A DNA stretch of 64,000 bases from assembly GCA_905235515.1 (NCBI GenBank), contig CAJOLV010000003.1, forward strand, positions 5,680 through 69,679, written 5' to 3'. Below the pieces are notes generated by a model. That model saw only the letters and a list, made by a program, of their open reading frames with translations. It was not told where the DNA came from and ran no database searches. Below are positions 30,183 to 40,950 of the stretch, piece after piece. The stretch is from an uncultured Bacilli bacterium. GTDB lineage: Bacteria > Bacillota_I > Bacilli_A > RFN20 > CAG-826. The translations under genes and the position numbers were made by a program. The first letter of the stretch is position 1. Every line of letters begins with the position of its first letter.

Positions 30183-32108
30183 ATGAAGAAAAGTAAACTA
30201 TCCCTAGGATTAGTTACCAGCTTCGTTGCAGCACTCGCATTAGCGGGTTGTAGTGATGTCAAGGCGAAAGATAATAGCATTCTCACCTTCAAAGGTTATG
30301 ATGGTGTGACATATGAACTCGCCACTGACGCACTGTATGATCAGTACCGTAAAGATAACAGCGTTATTTCCACCTTCTATGACAAGGTGCTTGAAGTATT
30401 AATTCGTGACCGTTTCGAATCTGGAGCAGTCATTGAAAACGCATCAAAGGACTATCAACAAATTAAAGATGAAGCACAGGTAGATGTCCAAGCCGCGAAA
30501 GCAAAAGCGACAGAAAACGCTAAATCTAATAAGACCAAGTATGAAACAGAATGGGATGCCATTCTCTCTAGCGAAGGTGTTGAAGATGAGGAAGAGCTTT
30601 TACAAAAGTACATCTACAATAAAGAAAAAGCGGTTTTAGAAGATGCATTATATGCATCCTTAACATCCAAGACAGATGACAAGTTAAAGAAAGAATGGAT
30701 TGAAGGCGCACACCCATATCACATTCGTCACATCTTAGTGAAAGTCGAATCAGGTGCATCTGATTACACCAGAGGCACACTTACATCTGATCAAGCCATC
30801 AATTTATCCAATATTGGTTTAGCTTTAGGCAAATCCACAGACACATTTGGTGGTATCGCTTCTCGTTTAAGCGAAGATGAAAGCTCAGGCGCTTTATATG
30901 GTGACGTTGGCACAACCACAGTGAAAGCCAGTACATCTGGAACATTCTCTATGGTTACAGAATTCCAATTAGCCATCTATATTTATGATGCTTTATATGC
31001 TGGTAAAGATGCTACTAGCACTGTTTATACTGATTTAATTCCAGAATCAGTTCCATCAACAGCAACCGCTCCAGCAACAGCGTTCAACAGCATTACCAAA
31101 GTTCCATACGAAGTTTTCGAACTCTTAGCCAGTGAAGACAACGGTGGTTATGGCGATGTTACAAAGAACAATAATAAGATTGTTGGCCAAGGTGAAGAAG
31201 TCGTTTATCCAAGAAATATTCTTTGGAATAAATATTTAAATCATCACGAACCATTCCTCATTACAGACGAATCTGTCGTTGATGAATATGACTCCACTAC
31301 ATTTGACTTAGACAATACAGCTGCTGAAATTTCTTCAATGTTAACAGATGCTAAAGCAGACTGGACAAAAATGAATGTCGGTGCAACCAAAGCCGGCTAC
31401 GCAGTCGATGACAAGAAAGATGGCGCTACAGGTTTTGTGGCCGCTGACTCATTAGGCATCCAAGCCTTAACTGACAAACTTGGTGCAACCAAAATCTTAG
31501 TTGATGAAAAGAATAACCCAATCTTTGGTGTTCGTAGTGAATATGGCATTCACTTCATCATCATTGAAAAGAGTGCATTTGAAGAAACATCCACATTAGA
31601 AAAATGGTATCAAGTTTATTCACCAAAACAAGCTGACTATCCAACAGAAGATGGTAAGCAAGTGACATCTTATGTCAACTACGCGAAGTTCAATGACGAT
31701 CAAATGGCTGCACGTGCAAGTGCTATTAAAGATGCCATTAAAGGTTTTGATGGTTCTTACCAATATAGAATTTATGAAAAACTTATTGAAGACGCTAACA
31801 CTGCTGGGAGATTCGACATTTCTGGCGAATCAGAACAAGCTAAGAAAGCTAAGGAATTATTAGATTCTATCGATAATTACATCACCTTGCAAAAAGAAAA
31901 GAACGCATACGATCAAGAAGTTGGTTACGAATTAGCATGGGATAACTTTATGCTCAAATTCGATGAACAAACTGCTGAACGTGCGAAAGATCAACGTGTT
32001 GTCCCATGGGTTGCCGCAATCGGCTTCAAGAAGGGTATTAATTATTCAGACGTTGAAGATTTATACAAGATTGGAGGACTCTGTTATTATGGCGACAAAG
32101 CTCAATAA
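30183..32108 (+). CDS. Large surface lipoprotein with parvulin-like (PpiC/PrsA-type) motifs
   Basis: Signal peptide with lipobox MKKSKLSLGLVTSFVAALALAGC. The internal segments HPYHIRHILVK...GALYGDVGT...FSMVTEF and, about 250 aa later, YGIHFIIIEK resemble a split parvulin PPIase signature. The ORF-track start at 30120 is an upstream extension; the ATG at 30183 has a GGAGAACAAAAA RBS. Confidence 0.5.
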   Translation: MKKSKLSLGLVTSFVAALALAGCSDVKAKDNSILTFKGYDGVTYELATDALYDQYRKDNSVISTFYDKVLEVLIRDRFESGAVIENASKDYQQIKDEAQVDVQAAKAKATENAKSNKTKYETEWDAILSSEGVEDEEELLQKYIYNKEKAVLEDALYASLTSKTDDKLKKEWIEGAHPYHIRHILVKVESGASDYTRGTLTSDQAINLSNIGLALGKSTDTFGGIASRLSEDESSGALYGDVGTTTVKASTSGTFSMVTEFQLAIYIYDALYAGKDATSTVYTDLIPESVPSTATAPATAFNSITKVPYEVFELLASEDNGGYGDVTKNNNKIVGQGEEVVYPRNILWNKYLNHHEPFLITDESVVDEYDSTTFDLDNTAAEISSMLTDAKADWTKMNVGATKAGYAVDDKKDGATGFVAADSLGIQALTDKLGATKILVDEKNNPIFGVRSEYGIHFIIIEKSAFEETSTLEKWYQVYSPKQADYPTEDGKQVTSYVNYAKFNDDQMAARASAIKDAIKGFDGSYQYRIYEKLIEDANTAGRFDISGESEQAKKAKELLDSIDNYITLQKEKNAYDQEVGYELAWDNFMLKFDEQTAERAKDQRVVPWVAAIGFKKGINYSDVEDLYKIGGLCYYGDKAQ

Positions 32109-33861
32109 AAAATTCGTATTAGTAATGTTATTAGGTGCTCTCGGATTAGTCGCTTGTAATGATGAAGTTAAAGCCTATCCAGATGCTGGTGCAATTCTCC
32201 CTCCAGCACAAAGCCAAGAAATCTATAACAACGAGTTAGAGAGTATCTACGAAAGTATTCGTAGTGGCTCATTACCATCTGATGTATTAGACAAATTATT
32301 ATATGAATACGCCAATAGCATTTTTGGTAGATATTCAGCCTCCGCTCCTGCTTATAAAACAGTAGTAGAAGATGAAAAGACTTTAACAGACATTATCGCT
32401 GGTAGCGATGCTGATAAAGAAGCATTTATTAAATCACACAAAGCCTATTGGGTTGGTGATGCTGAACCAACTGGTGATGAAATGGTCCAAGCTAAAGCAA
32501 GATTACAAGCTATCTATGATTCCATTGAAGAAAGAATCGCTGAAGCTTTATACAAACAAATCTCTGGTGGATCCTATTCCACACACAACCTTTTCGAAGA
32601 AAAGAAATTCTTAGCTAGCTTATATTTCTCTGGCAAAGATGTTGCAAAATTTGATACCGTCCCAGCTACAGATTTATATACTGGCTTACTCGCTCCAGAA
32701 GTGGAAGCTAAAGATGTCTTCACCGCTGGTTATCTCCACAAAGAACATTATTTCTCTGCAGAAAATACCTACGCTGTGAAAGAAAACATTGAAAGCATTT
32801 ATAAACAATTGTTAACAGAACAATATGTTATCGATGAATCTTATTCCACAATCGGTCGTTCCTATGCAAGAAAAGTTAATGTTTTATCCATTAAAGTTGA
32901 TAGTGCTAACCCATTAGATGTTCCTGCATTAGCGGACTACTTAGTGAAAAACCTCATTGCTAAGAAACCAGATACTGGTTACCGCTTCAATAGTGAAGAA
33001 GATGTTAAAGCATTATATGCTTCCGTCTCTAAAATCATGAGAGGCTTACCAGAATACTTCACTGGTTCAACAAAAGATGAAACTGCTTATGCTGCAGTTG
33101 AATCATTATATGATGATTATGGCTTATATGGTGATCCAGCCTTAATCGATGCAGACCACCCATTAACTTCTACAGAATATGGTGCAATGCAAAAAGAAAT
33201 TGCGAAGATTAAAGATAATCTTTCCGACACAGACTCCAGTGTTGAAAGTTCTTACACAGGTTCAGGTGCCTACACAATTGAAAAAGGTATCGAATATAAA
33301 GAAAGAGAAATCTCTTTAAAGAACTACACAACCTCTGGATGGTTCATCAAAAACGGTGGATTAAGCTCCTTACCAGAATCTATTAGAAGCAAATTATTCA
33401 ACCACGCAGTCGCCGTTGCTTTAGATAAGACCGGTGAAGGCGCCTTAGTCGACAGAGTCGATGTTGCTGAATGGAATGACGCTGCATATGATGCAGAAGC
33501 CAAAGTCAGCAAATATGTTGCTAAAGTTAATGGTGCTTACTTCTTAAAGAGCGACACACTTGAAAACAAAGGTAGCAATAAAGACTTATACTTCTACGAT
33601 TCCAGTAGCCAAACATACTACTTTGTCCAAATCGAAGAAGCCGTCAACAGTGCAAAATTATCCGCTAGTGACGAAAGCTACTCCACAGACAAAAAAGCTT
33701 CTATCGCTCGTTCTGTCTGTAAAGTTGTTGGAGAATCCTCCACATACGAAACTCTCGCCAAAGAACATTGGTTAAAGAAGATGGAAATTGAATATCATGA
33801 CCAAGCCGTCTATGATTACTTCAAATCCAACTATCCAAAGCTCTTCGACGATGAAGACTAA
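32088..33861 (+). CDS. Large surface lipoprotein (unknown function), tandem to and overlapping the preceding lipoprotein gene
   Basis: Signal peptide and lipobox MATKLNKKFVLVMLLGALGLVAC. About 590 aa, acidic and alanine-rich. Overlaps the upstream gene by 21 nt. The ORF-track 5' extension to 31963 lacks a signal peptide. Confidence 0.55.
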
Positions 33862-33875
33862 TCATTAATACAAAT

Positions 33876-33899
33876 TAGGGGATATAAATCCCCTTTTTT
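33876..33899 (+). terminator. Rho-independent terminator after the lipoprotein pair
   Basis: AGGGGA-tataaa-TCCCCT followed by TTTTTT. Confidence 0.7.
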
Positions 33900-33928
33900 G
33901 TTTTATAATTAATTTATAGGAGATTTAT

Positions 33929-34345
33929 ATGAAAGAAAAAGATATATTTTGCCGTATTATCAATGGGGAAATTCCTTGTCACAAATTATATGAAGATGAT
34001 GATGTATTAGCGTTTTTAGATATCAGCCAAGTGACTAGAGGTCACGCTTTGGTTATACCAAAAAAACATTATGACAATTTCTTATCTGTCCCACATGAAG
34101 AAATGCATAAAGTTATGGATGTCGCTCAAAGGATTGGTCAAATTGCTATTAAATTCCTAGGAGCAAAAGGTGTTAATATCTTAACTAATTGCTATGAAGC
34201 AGCAGGTCAAACTGTTAATCATTTCCATGTCCATGTCATTCCAAGATATGAGGACAAGGAAGGCTTCCATCTTGAGATGAGGAATAATTCTTCAGAAGAA
34301 CTTAATTTGCCAGCGCTCGCGCGTGAAATTAAAGAAAACCTATAA
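33929..34345 (+). CDS. HIT-family (histidine triad) nucleotide hydrolase
   Basis: 138 aa. HALVIPKKH and the histidine triad NHFHVHVIP. Confidence 0.9.
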   Translation: MKEKDIFCRIINGEIPCHKLYEDDDVLAFLDISQVTRGHALVIPKKHYDNFLSVPHEEMHKVMDVAQRIGQIAIKFLGAKGVNILTNCYEAAGQTVNHFHVHVIPRYEDKEGFHLEMRNNSSEELNLPALAREIKENL

Positions 34346-34361
34346 TTTATCACATATTATG

Positions 34362-34390
34362 AAAAAGCGGCTTCAACAAGCCGCTTTTAT
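34362..34390. terminator. Bidirectional terminator between the convergent hit and yhaM genes
   Basis: AAAAAGCGGCTT-caac-AAGCCGCTTTTAT. Confidence 0.75.
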
Positions 34391-34405
34391 CGTTTAAATA
34401 ATAAT

Positions 34406-35329
34406 TTATTTATGTTTGTATAAGCTTCTACCATCTAATGGGTAGATTTTTTGAGTGAATTCACCTTCATTAACTGTTTCTAATGCTTTGGTGACTATGG
34501 CCATCTTACTATCAAGATTGTCAATCATAGAGAGTAATAATGCTTCTTTTGTCATTGGAGGAATTGGAGAACCGAATTCTGGTTTATCATGGTGAGATAA
34601 CACCATATGTTCTAAGAGCATTGGAATCTCACTATCGATTTTTAATTCACTCGCGGCTTTTTTAATCTCTGCAACCATTAAAGAGATATGGCCTAATAAT
34701 TTACCTTCTGTGGAATAATGGAAGACGACTAGTCCTTCTAATTCAATTAATTTACCAATATCGTGGAGTAAGATGCCAGTGATTAATAAATCTCTATTAA
34801 TTGGTTGATATTTACTAGCGATATATTCTCCTAAATCCGCCATAGAGGTGAGATGAGTTAATAATCCAGAAGAGTATTCGTGATGGACACTAACTCCTGC
34901 TGGGTAGGCATATAATTTATCTTTATATTTATTAATAAAATAATTTAATAAGGCGGAGCAATCTTCATCCTTAATAGAACTAACATAGCCATTTAATCTT
35001 TTGATTAATTCTTCTTTAGGTACTGGAGGAGGGGTTAATAAAGAGGTGAAATCAATATCTTCTTCCTCTACTAAAGAGGCTTTTAATATTTTTAATTGCA
35101 AAGCATCACGATATTTGACCACTTCACCAGAGACAAAAATGACATTACCCGCTACTAAAATCTTTTCATCTTCACTTGTCACTTCCCATTTTTTACCCTG
35201 GATATTACCAGAGGCATCTCTTAATTCTAATGTGTAATAAAATGAGCCTAAATTATTAACACTTTTTGCTGCGTTTCCTAAAAGGAATTGTCCTTCAATA
35301 CGCATACCATCACTGAAATCAGAAATCAT
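34406..35329 (-). CDS. yhaM: 3'-5' exoribonuclease YhaM-like (OB-fold + HD domain)
   Basis: 307 aa. N-terminal OB-fold region and a C-terminal HD domain (LLHDIGK...HH). Confidence 0.8.
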   Translation of the reverse strand: MISDFSDGMRIEGQFLLGNAAKSVNNLGSFYYTLELRDASGNIQGKKWEVTSEDEKILVAGNVIFVSGEVVKYRDALQLKILKASLVEEEDIDFTSLLTPPPVPKEELIKRLNGYVSSIKDEDCSALLNYFINKYKDKLYAYPAGVSVHHEYSSGLLTHLTSMADLGEYIASKYQPINRDLLITGILLHDIGKLIELEGLVVFHYSTEGKLLGHISLMVAEIKKAASELKIDSEIPMLLEHMVLSHHDKPEFGSPIPPMTKEALLLSMIDNLDSKMAIVTKALETVNEGEFTQKIYPLDGRSLYKHK

Positions 35330-36149
35330 AATTATTTCCTCCCATTACTCTTTTAATATCACTAACGCGATAGCCTTTTCTTCTCAAGGTTTGAAATATT
35401 TTATCATTAAGTTCTCTGCCGTCATATTTTTGTTTATAACGACTATAAACATTTTTGTAATCAATTTTGATTTTATTCTGTTCATCTTTCTCATTTATGT
35501 GAGATATATTATTTAAACAAGATGAGGCAACTTCATGGCTGAAACCACGATTTAATAATGCAGCGTAGACATGTTGCTTTTTTTGTTCATAAGAGTATTT
35601 ACTAAACTTCTTTTCTAAGTTTGGAATTAACGCTTTCGCTTTCTTCTTTTCTTCCACTTCGTCAAAGCGAATTTTATCAATTTCCTCTGCAAAAATGCCT
35701 TTTTTTAATAATTCTTGCTTAATTTTATTTTTGCCATAGCCTTTTTCTTCAGCGTATCCTAAATAGTCTTCAATATAGGCTCTATCATCAATTAAATCGA
35801 TACTTTTTAATCTTTTAATAATATAATCAACATCCTCTTTGGTGGCCTCTTTAGCGTATAACTTTTCTCGCATTTTCCATTCTGTATAATGGTTTTTCAT
35901 TAATAGAGATAAAGCATATTCAGATAACTTTTTCACTGAGGTAATGCGATCTAATTTTTCTAAATCTTCTTTGCTTAATTCTTTGCCTTCATATAAATAT
36001 GCAGAAACGTAAGCTTCTTGCGAAATAGAAAGTTTTTCTCCATCGGTAAAGGTAATAGAGACGTTCTTTTTGTTTAAACGAATTTTTTTAATAATCTTAC
36101 CAGTGTTTCCTTTGGGCACGGTTATAGACCTCCAATACCTTTTCAACAT
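35319..36149 (-). CDS. recX: RecX-family regulatory protein
   Basis: The N-terminal part ITVPKGNTGKI...ISQEAYVSAYLYEGKELSKEDLEKL and the C-terminal three-helix repeats match Bacillus RecX (YfhG). The annotated 5' end overlaps the upstream GT4 gene by 53 nt, so the true start is probably internal or non-ATG. Confidence 0.65.
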   Translation of the reverse strand: MLKRYWRSITVPKGNTGKIIKKIRLNKKNVSITFTDGEKLSISQEAYVSAYLYEGKELSKEDLEKLDRITSVKKLSEYALSLLMKNHYTEWKMREKLYAKEATKEDVDYIIKRLKSIDLIDDRAYIEDYLGYAEEKGYGKNKIKQELLKKGIFAEEIDKIRFDEVEEKKKAKALIPNLEKKFSKYSYEQKKQHVYAALLNRGFSHEVASSCLNNISHINEKDEQNKIKIDYKNVYSRYKQKYDGRELNDKIFQTLRRKGYRVSDIKRVMGGNNYDF

Positions 36150-37272
36150 ATTGATTAACGGTGAAATCTTGACTGAGTTTTTTATTAGCGGCAGCTTTCA
36201 TCTTTTCTAATTCATTATTCTCGCCGTTGAGTATTTTATAAAGTTTGTTTACAAATTCATCATCATCGACATAAATGAAACCATTTACTTCGTCATCTAT
36301 TAATTCACTTAATAAATTATCATCTCTTGCTAAAACGAGTGTTGAAGCCGCCATAGATTCAAGAATTGCGATACTTTGTGTTTCACTAAGCGAAGCAGTA
36401 ACAAAAGCATTCGCCATAAGATAATACGACTTAATCTTTTCGTGATTAACTTTGCCAGCAAAGATGACTTTATCTTCGATATTTAATTCATGGCTTAAGG
36501 ATTGCAATTCACTAGCTTGTTCTCCATCGCCAACAAGTAACAATTTTGTTCTTTCTTGATATGTATCAAGATATTTTTTAAACGATACCAATAAGGAATC
36601 AATGCTCTTCTCTTTAATTAAACGACCAACATATAAGACAATTTTATCGTTTTCATCGAATTCATATTTCTTATAAAGATACTTAATATCTTTCTTAGTA
36701 GCTTCATCTAATTCAAAGCGTTTTGGATCCACTCCAGTTTGAATGACATTGATATACTTATCGACACCCTTTTTTCTAAGATAATTTTTAATCTTTAAAC
36801 TTGGGGCAATAATCTCTGTAGCGACCTTAGTCATTTTTTGGAACAATCTTCTCTCATTAGCCCGAGTTATACGATTCATTAATCCACCTTCAAGGTAGGA
36901 AACATATTTTTCATGATAGGTATGATAAGTATAGACAAAAGGTATATCTAAGAGAGTGGAAGTATATCTACCTAATTGACCAATTTGACCATTTGTTTCT
37001 ATATGAATGACTTCTGGTTTAAATTCTTTCATATGTTTAAGCATGGTTAAAACATAAATACTACGTGTTGCGGAATAACCCCTATTTCCTTTTTCTGGAT
37101 AGGTGATATTAATCACACTACCTTCTTTAAAAGATTGTTTGTTAGATATTAAAGATGTCACCACCATGACTTGGTGGCCATAAGCTTTTAAAGTGTCCAC
37201 TAAAACCTTGGTAGACATCGCTACTCCATTAGTTTCCGGATAATATGTATCGGTAAAAATAACAACATTCAT
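36097..37272 (-). CDS. GT4-family glycosyltransferase (probable glycolipid / diacylglycerol glycosyltransferase)
   Basis: 391 aa. N-terminus MNVVIFTDTYYPETNGVA... and a C-terminal GT-B EX7E region. Typical of membrane glycolipid synthases in wall-less or low-GC bacteria. Confidence 0.75.
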   Translation of the reverse strand: MNVVIFTDTYYPETNGVAMSTKVLVDTLKAYGHQVMVVTSLISNKQSFKEGSVINITYPEKGNRGYSATRSIYVLTMLKHMKEFKPEVIHIETNGQIGQLGRYTSTLLDIPFVYTYHTYHEKYVSYLEGGLMNRITRANERRLFQKMTKVATEIIAPSLKIKNYLRKKGVDKYINVIQTGVDPKRFELDEATKKDIKYLYKKYEFDENDKIVLYVGRLIKEKSIDSLLVSFKKYLDTYQERTKLLLVGDGEQASELQSLSHELNIEDKVIFAGKVNHEKIKSYYLMANAFVTASLSETQSIAILESMAASTLVLARDDNLLSELIDDEVNGFIYVDDDEFVNKLYKILNGENNELEKMKAAANKKLSQDFTVNQYVEKVLEVYNRAQRKHW

Positions 37273-37351
37273 TATTGCGTTAATTATACCATATCTTTGT
37301 TACATATAAGAGCAAAACATAAATGTCTTCGCCTTATAAATAAAGAAGACG

Positions 37352-37711
37352 TTAGTGAGCACCAAGGTCGACTCTTTTAATTTCAATGGCTAATACTCCA
37401 TGTTGATCAATTTGTTCTTTTGTATAATATTGAAGCATATCATCTGAATTAGCTATTTCGTTAATCTTATAACCCAATCTTTCTTTTGGATAATGATTAT
37501 ATAACTCCACGAATGTCTTAAATTTAAGTAGGTTAGTAACTTTGCAAACTATTATTTCAGAAGTGACATTATTCATAAATTCAATATGATCACCAATTTT
37601 AATAGGTTTACGCCTCTCATCATATAGGCGCATTTCCACATCTTTAAATCCACTTTTGATCAGTTCAAAAGGCTCTGGATGGAGATTCATTTTATAAGTC
37701 ATATTTATCAA
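37352..37711 (-). CDS. ASCH-domain protein
   Basis: 119 aa. The LHPEPFELIKSGFKDVEMRLYDERRKPIKIGDHIEF pattern fits the ASCH beta-barrel fold. Confidence 0.6.
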   Translation of the reverse strand: MINMTYKMNLHPEPFELIKSGFKDVEMRLYDERRKPIKIGDHIEFMNNVTSEIIVCKVTNLLKFKTFVELYNHYPKERLGYKINEIANSDDMLQYYTKEQIDQHGVLAIEIKRVDLGAH

Positions 37712-39403
37712 TTACTTCTTTTTTGACTGGTTTTTGATGGATTTTTTGACAGTTTTCTTAATAGTGTTATTTACTTTCTTTTTGGCTTTTTTACTACCAA
37801 ATTTAGCAAATAGAACAATGACAACGATTAATAAAACTAATAAACCAACACCACAAACGATAAACCACACTTTGTTGGCTTCAAAGAAAGTTTTGAAATC
37901 AAAGGATGATTGGTTTTCATTATCATCACTTTGTGGGGTAGTTTCTCCATCAGATGACTTCTTTTCACTAACGACAATTTTAAATGTTTTAGATTGTTGA
38001 ACGCCACCAATTGTCGCGGTTGCAATAACCTTTGTTTCGCCGTCTTTTAAAGCAGTAACTGTAACTGATTCACCTGATGCTGTTGATGTCTTATCTAACG
38101 AAGCAATTGTGCTATCTTCAACAGACCAAGTAATTGGACTATCATCTTCTGTTGTGGCTTTTAATGTCTTAGTGTTGCCAACTTCAAATGTCGCTTGAGG
38201 AGTTCCGACTTCTTCAAGTTTTAATAATTCACTATCGTTGATTGAATCTGTCGCCGGATTTGCAGCACCTGTTGGAGTGGAAACATATGTGCCGTTATTT
38301 GATTGACCCCATACATATTCTGCCCATTGAGGGAAGTCGATGAATGGATTTCTATTATTTGTGTAATTGTTATAACAAAGATTGTTTCTATGAATTTCCC
38401 ATTCATCTGGTGGATCAATTCTATTCCATTCAAGTAAGTCTTGAAGAATGCCCATCTTACCAGTCTTTGTGGTTGTGGAATAATATTCTGCTTTCACAAA
38501 AGAGGTAACATTGTTAACGATTTCAAGGTTTGGATTGCCAGAATCAATGCCATCAGAATCAGAACCAGATAAATAATTATATCTAGCCGCCATATAGAAG
38601 ATTGCTCTAGCAATATCACCTTTATCACTATCTTGTGGTTCAAAAACAGGATTGGTGCCACCAAAGGTTTTTGATGTCCCTTTTAAGTTACCAGCTAAAT
38701 ATGGATAATCATTGCCAGCGTCATCATATGATTGATTTTTATCAACAAAGCCATAATACCAGTTATTATGGTGATAGCCATTAACTCTACCATTGCCCGC
38801 CCAAAGGTGCATAATATCACCACGAGCCCCTGTACCATATTCATCTTGACCGAACCCTGCTGATTTAGGCCAAATATGTTCTTGGTTGATGCCATAATTT
38901 GTTTGAGTGTGGTCACCCCACGCTTTGGTGCCATTTTCTTTATCTCTATTCACGTATAAAGCGTGAATATATGGGTTCATACCTGGTGAACTAGCACTTT
39001 TACCATAACTATAGTTAGTAATTGTGTTTGTTGCAGCGTCATATCCCGGAATAGCGGACGCTGGAGATTTTTCCCAATCACGATCCACTATTTCATACAT
39101 TTGCCAAACTGCTGTTGTTGCGCCACTACCATAGGAGAAATATTTTTGATTATTTTTAAGAATAGGTTTTAAATTCTTTAATAAATTAGTGCCTTGTCTT
39201 TCGCTTTCTGGTAAAGATGATAAGCTAGAATAATAAGCACGGATATCACTATCGCTTAAATCATTTAAATTAATATTTTTCGTTACCGAACTTGTTGGAT
39301 AGGAAGTTGCTAACACTTCTTTATAAGAATTTCCTTTTAAAAAACCAACCGAAGCAAAAGTTAATGCAATAGATAATACTGATAATGGGATGATTTTTTT
39401 CAT
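37712..39403 (-). CDS. Membrane-anchored extracellular endonuclease-I-family nuclease with Big2-like domain
   Basis: The true start ATG at 39403 follows an AGGAGG RBS (MKKIIPLSVLSIALTFASVG signal peptide). The Endonuclease_1 motif is EHIWPKS...DIMHLWAGNGRVN. An Ig-like Big2 segment is present (TFEVGNTKTLKAT...VTVTALKDGETKV). The C-terminus has a TM helix plus a lysine-rich tail. The ORF-track 5' extension to 39532 is unsupported. Confidence 0.7.
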   Translation of the reverse strand: MKKIIPLSVLSIALTFASVGFLKGNSYKEVLATSYPTSSVTKNINLNDLSDSDIRAYYSSLSSLPESERQGTNLLKNLKPILKNNQKYFSYGSGATTAVWQMYEIVDRDWEKSPASAIPGYDAATNTITNYSYGKSASSPGMNPYIHALYVNRDKENGTKAWGDHTQTNYGINQEHIWPKSAGFGQDEYGTGARGDIMHLWAGNGRVNGYHHNNWYYGFVDKNQSYDDAGNDYPYLAGNLKGTSKTFGGTNPVFEPQDSDKGDIARAIFYMAARYNYLSGSDSDGIDSGNPNLEIVNNVTSFVKAEYYSTTTKTGKMGILQDLLEWNRIDPPDEWEIHRNNLCYNNYTNNRNPFIDFPQWAEYVWGQSNNGTYVSTPTGAANPATDSINDSELLKLEEVGTPQATFEVGNTKTLKATTEDDSPITWSVEDSTIASLDKTSTASGESVTVTALKDGETKVIATATIGGVQQSKTFKIVVSEKKSSDGETTPQSDDNENQSSFDFKTFFEANKVWFIVCGVGLLVLLIVVIVLFAKFGSKKAKKKVNNTIKKTVKKSIKNQSKKK

Positions 39404-39516
39404 ATTTTTCCTCCTTGATATCTCTATATCATTATCCTTATTTAAGGATAGATTAACAAGTTTTTTCACTTTTAAGTGTTTCTTTATTCCATAAAAGAGT
39501 GATAAAATGATTTCGT

Positions 39517-40950
39517 ATGTACGACGTAACAATCATTGGTGCTGGTATTACCGGCACGCTCATTGCGAGGGAACTTTCTAAATACCAACTTTCGGTTGCA
39601 GTTTTAGAGAAGTGCAATGATGTGGGCAATGGCACCACAAACGCTAACTCAGCGATTATTCACTCTGGCTATGACCCAGTCCCAGGGACATTAAAAGCCA
39701 AATTCAACGTTCTTGGTAATCCAATGTATGACCAACTCACTAAGGAATTAGATGTTCCTTTCTATCGACTTGGTTCTTTAACTGTCGCTATCCACGACTC
39801 TCAGTTGCCACTACTCCAAGAACTCGCCGAACGCTCCAAAGTAAATGGGGTTCCAGTCAAACTATTAGATAGAGGGGAAACTTTAGCGATGGAACCTAAC
39901 ATTAACCCAGAAGTAAAGGCATCCTTATATGCCCCAACATGTGGCATTATTGACCCGTTCAACTTAACTGTAAGAGCGATGGAAAACGCTATTGATAACG
40001 GGGTTAAGCTTTTCTTAAGTCAAGAAGTTATCGCTATTAAAAAAGTTAATGACCATTATGAGGTTCAAACCAAAAAAGGCGTTTTTGAAACCAAAGTAGT
40101 TATTAATGCTGCAGGTAATTATGCAGATAAAATTGCCGCAATGGTTGAACCAATTGATTGGAATATTTCTCCAAGAAAAGGTGAATATTTTGTCTTAGAT
40201 CACTATAAAGCAGGTTTAGTCAATCGCACCATTTTCCCATTACCAAGTGAAAAAGGTAAAGGTATTTTAGTCAGTGTCACAACATCTGGTAACTATATCG
40301 TTGGTCCATCTAGTGAGCCAATTCCCAATAAAGATGATGTCTCTACCGATGCAGAAACATTAAGAAATGTCCGCTCTCAAGCTACTGACTTAGTGCCTTT
40401 TATTCCATTTAACCAAGTGATTAGAACATTCTCTGGTAATAGACCAAGTTGTTCAAGACACGATTTCATCATTGAATATGCAAAATCTGATAAACAATTT
40501 ATTAACGTGGCGGGTATTGAATCTCCAGGTATTGCTTCTTCACCCGCTATCGCTAAATATGTTGTCGAAGAATTAGTAAAACCTTTGATTGAACTAAAGG
40601 AAAATCCATCATTCAATCCTAATGTGAGAAAAGTTCATAGGTTATATTATGAGAATTTAGAACATGATTATACCTATAGCAATGAACATGAAAATTATAG
40701 TGAAGTAATTTGCTCTTGTGAAAAGGTCACCTTAGGTGAAATCTTAGATCAATTAAATAGAAGTTGCCCACCTCATTCTGTTAAAGGCGTAAAAAGAAGA
40801 ACGAGAGCAGGCTTTGGCAAATGCCAAGGTGGTTTCTGCCAATCTAAGATTGTTCTTTTACTCGCTAAACACTATGGAGTGTCTCCATTAGATATCCCAC
40901 TAGATGATGAAGGCAGTAACATTCTACTAGAAGAGGTGAAGCCATTATGA
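39517..40950 (+). CDS. FAD-dependent oxidoreductase (GlpA/LhgO-like glycerol-3-phosphate dehydrogenase family) with C-terminal BFD-like [2Fe-2S] domain
   Basis: 477 aa. N-terminal FAD motif VTIIGAGITGTLIAREL. C-terminal CSCEKV...C-x-G-x-C (CQGGFCQ) is a BFD-like domain. First gene of a conserved three-gene cluster. Confidence 0.8.
   Translation: MYDVTIIGAGITGTLIARELSKYQLSVAVLEKCNDVGNGTTNANSAIIHSGYDPVPGTLKAKFNVLGNPMYDQLTKELDVPFYRLGSLTVAIHDSQLPLLQELAERSKVNGVPVKLLDRGETLAMEPNINPEVKASLYAPTCGIIDPFNLTVRAMENAIDNGVKLFLSQEVIAIKKVNDHYEVQTKKGVFETKVVINAAGNYADKIAAMVEPIDWNISPRKGEYFVLDHYKAGLVNRTIFPLPSEKGKGILVSVTTSGNYIVGPSSEPIPNKDDVSTDAETLRNVRSQATDLVPFIPFNQVIRTFSGNRPSCSRHDFIIEYAKSDKQFINVAGIESPGIASSPAIAKYVVEELVKPLIELKENPSFNPNVRKVHRLYYENLEHDYTYSNEHENYSEVICSCEKVTLGEILDQLNRSCPPHSVKGVKRRTRAGFGKCQGGFCQSKIVLLLAKHYGVSPLDIPLDDEGSNILLEEVKPL

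Noticed and set aside
35319-36149. 53-nt overlap between the recX and GT4 glycosyltransferase ORFs as a programmed frameshift or fusion
   Set aside because: It is more simply explained by the ORF caller picking the longest upstream start for recX. The RecX N-domain homology begins around ITVPKG, consistent with a later or non-ATG start.
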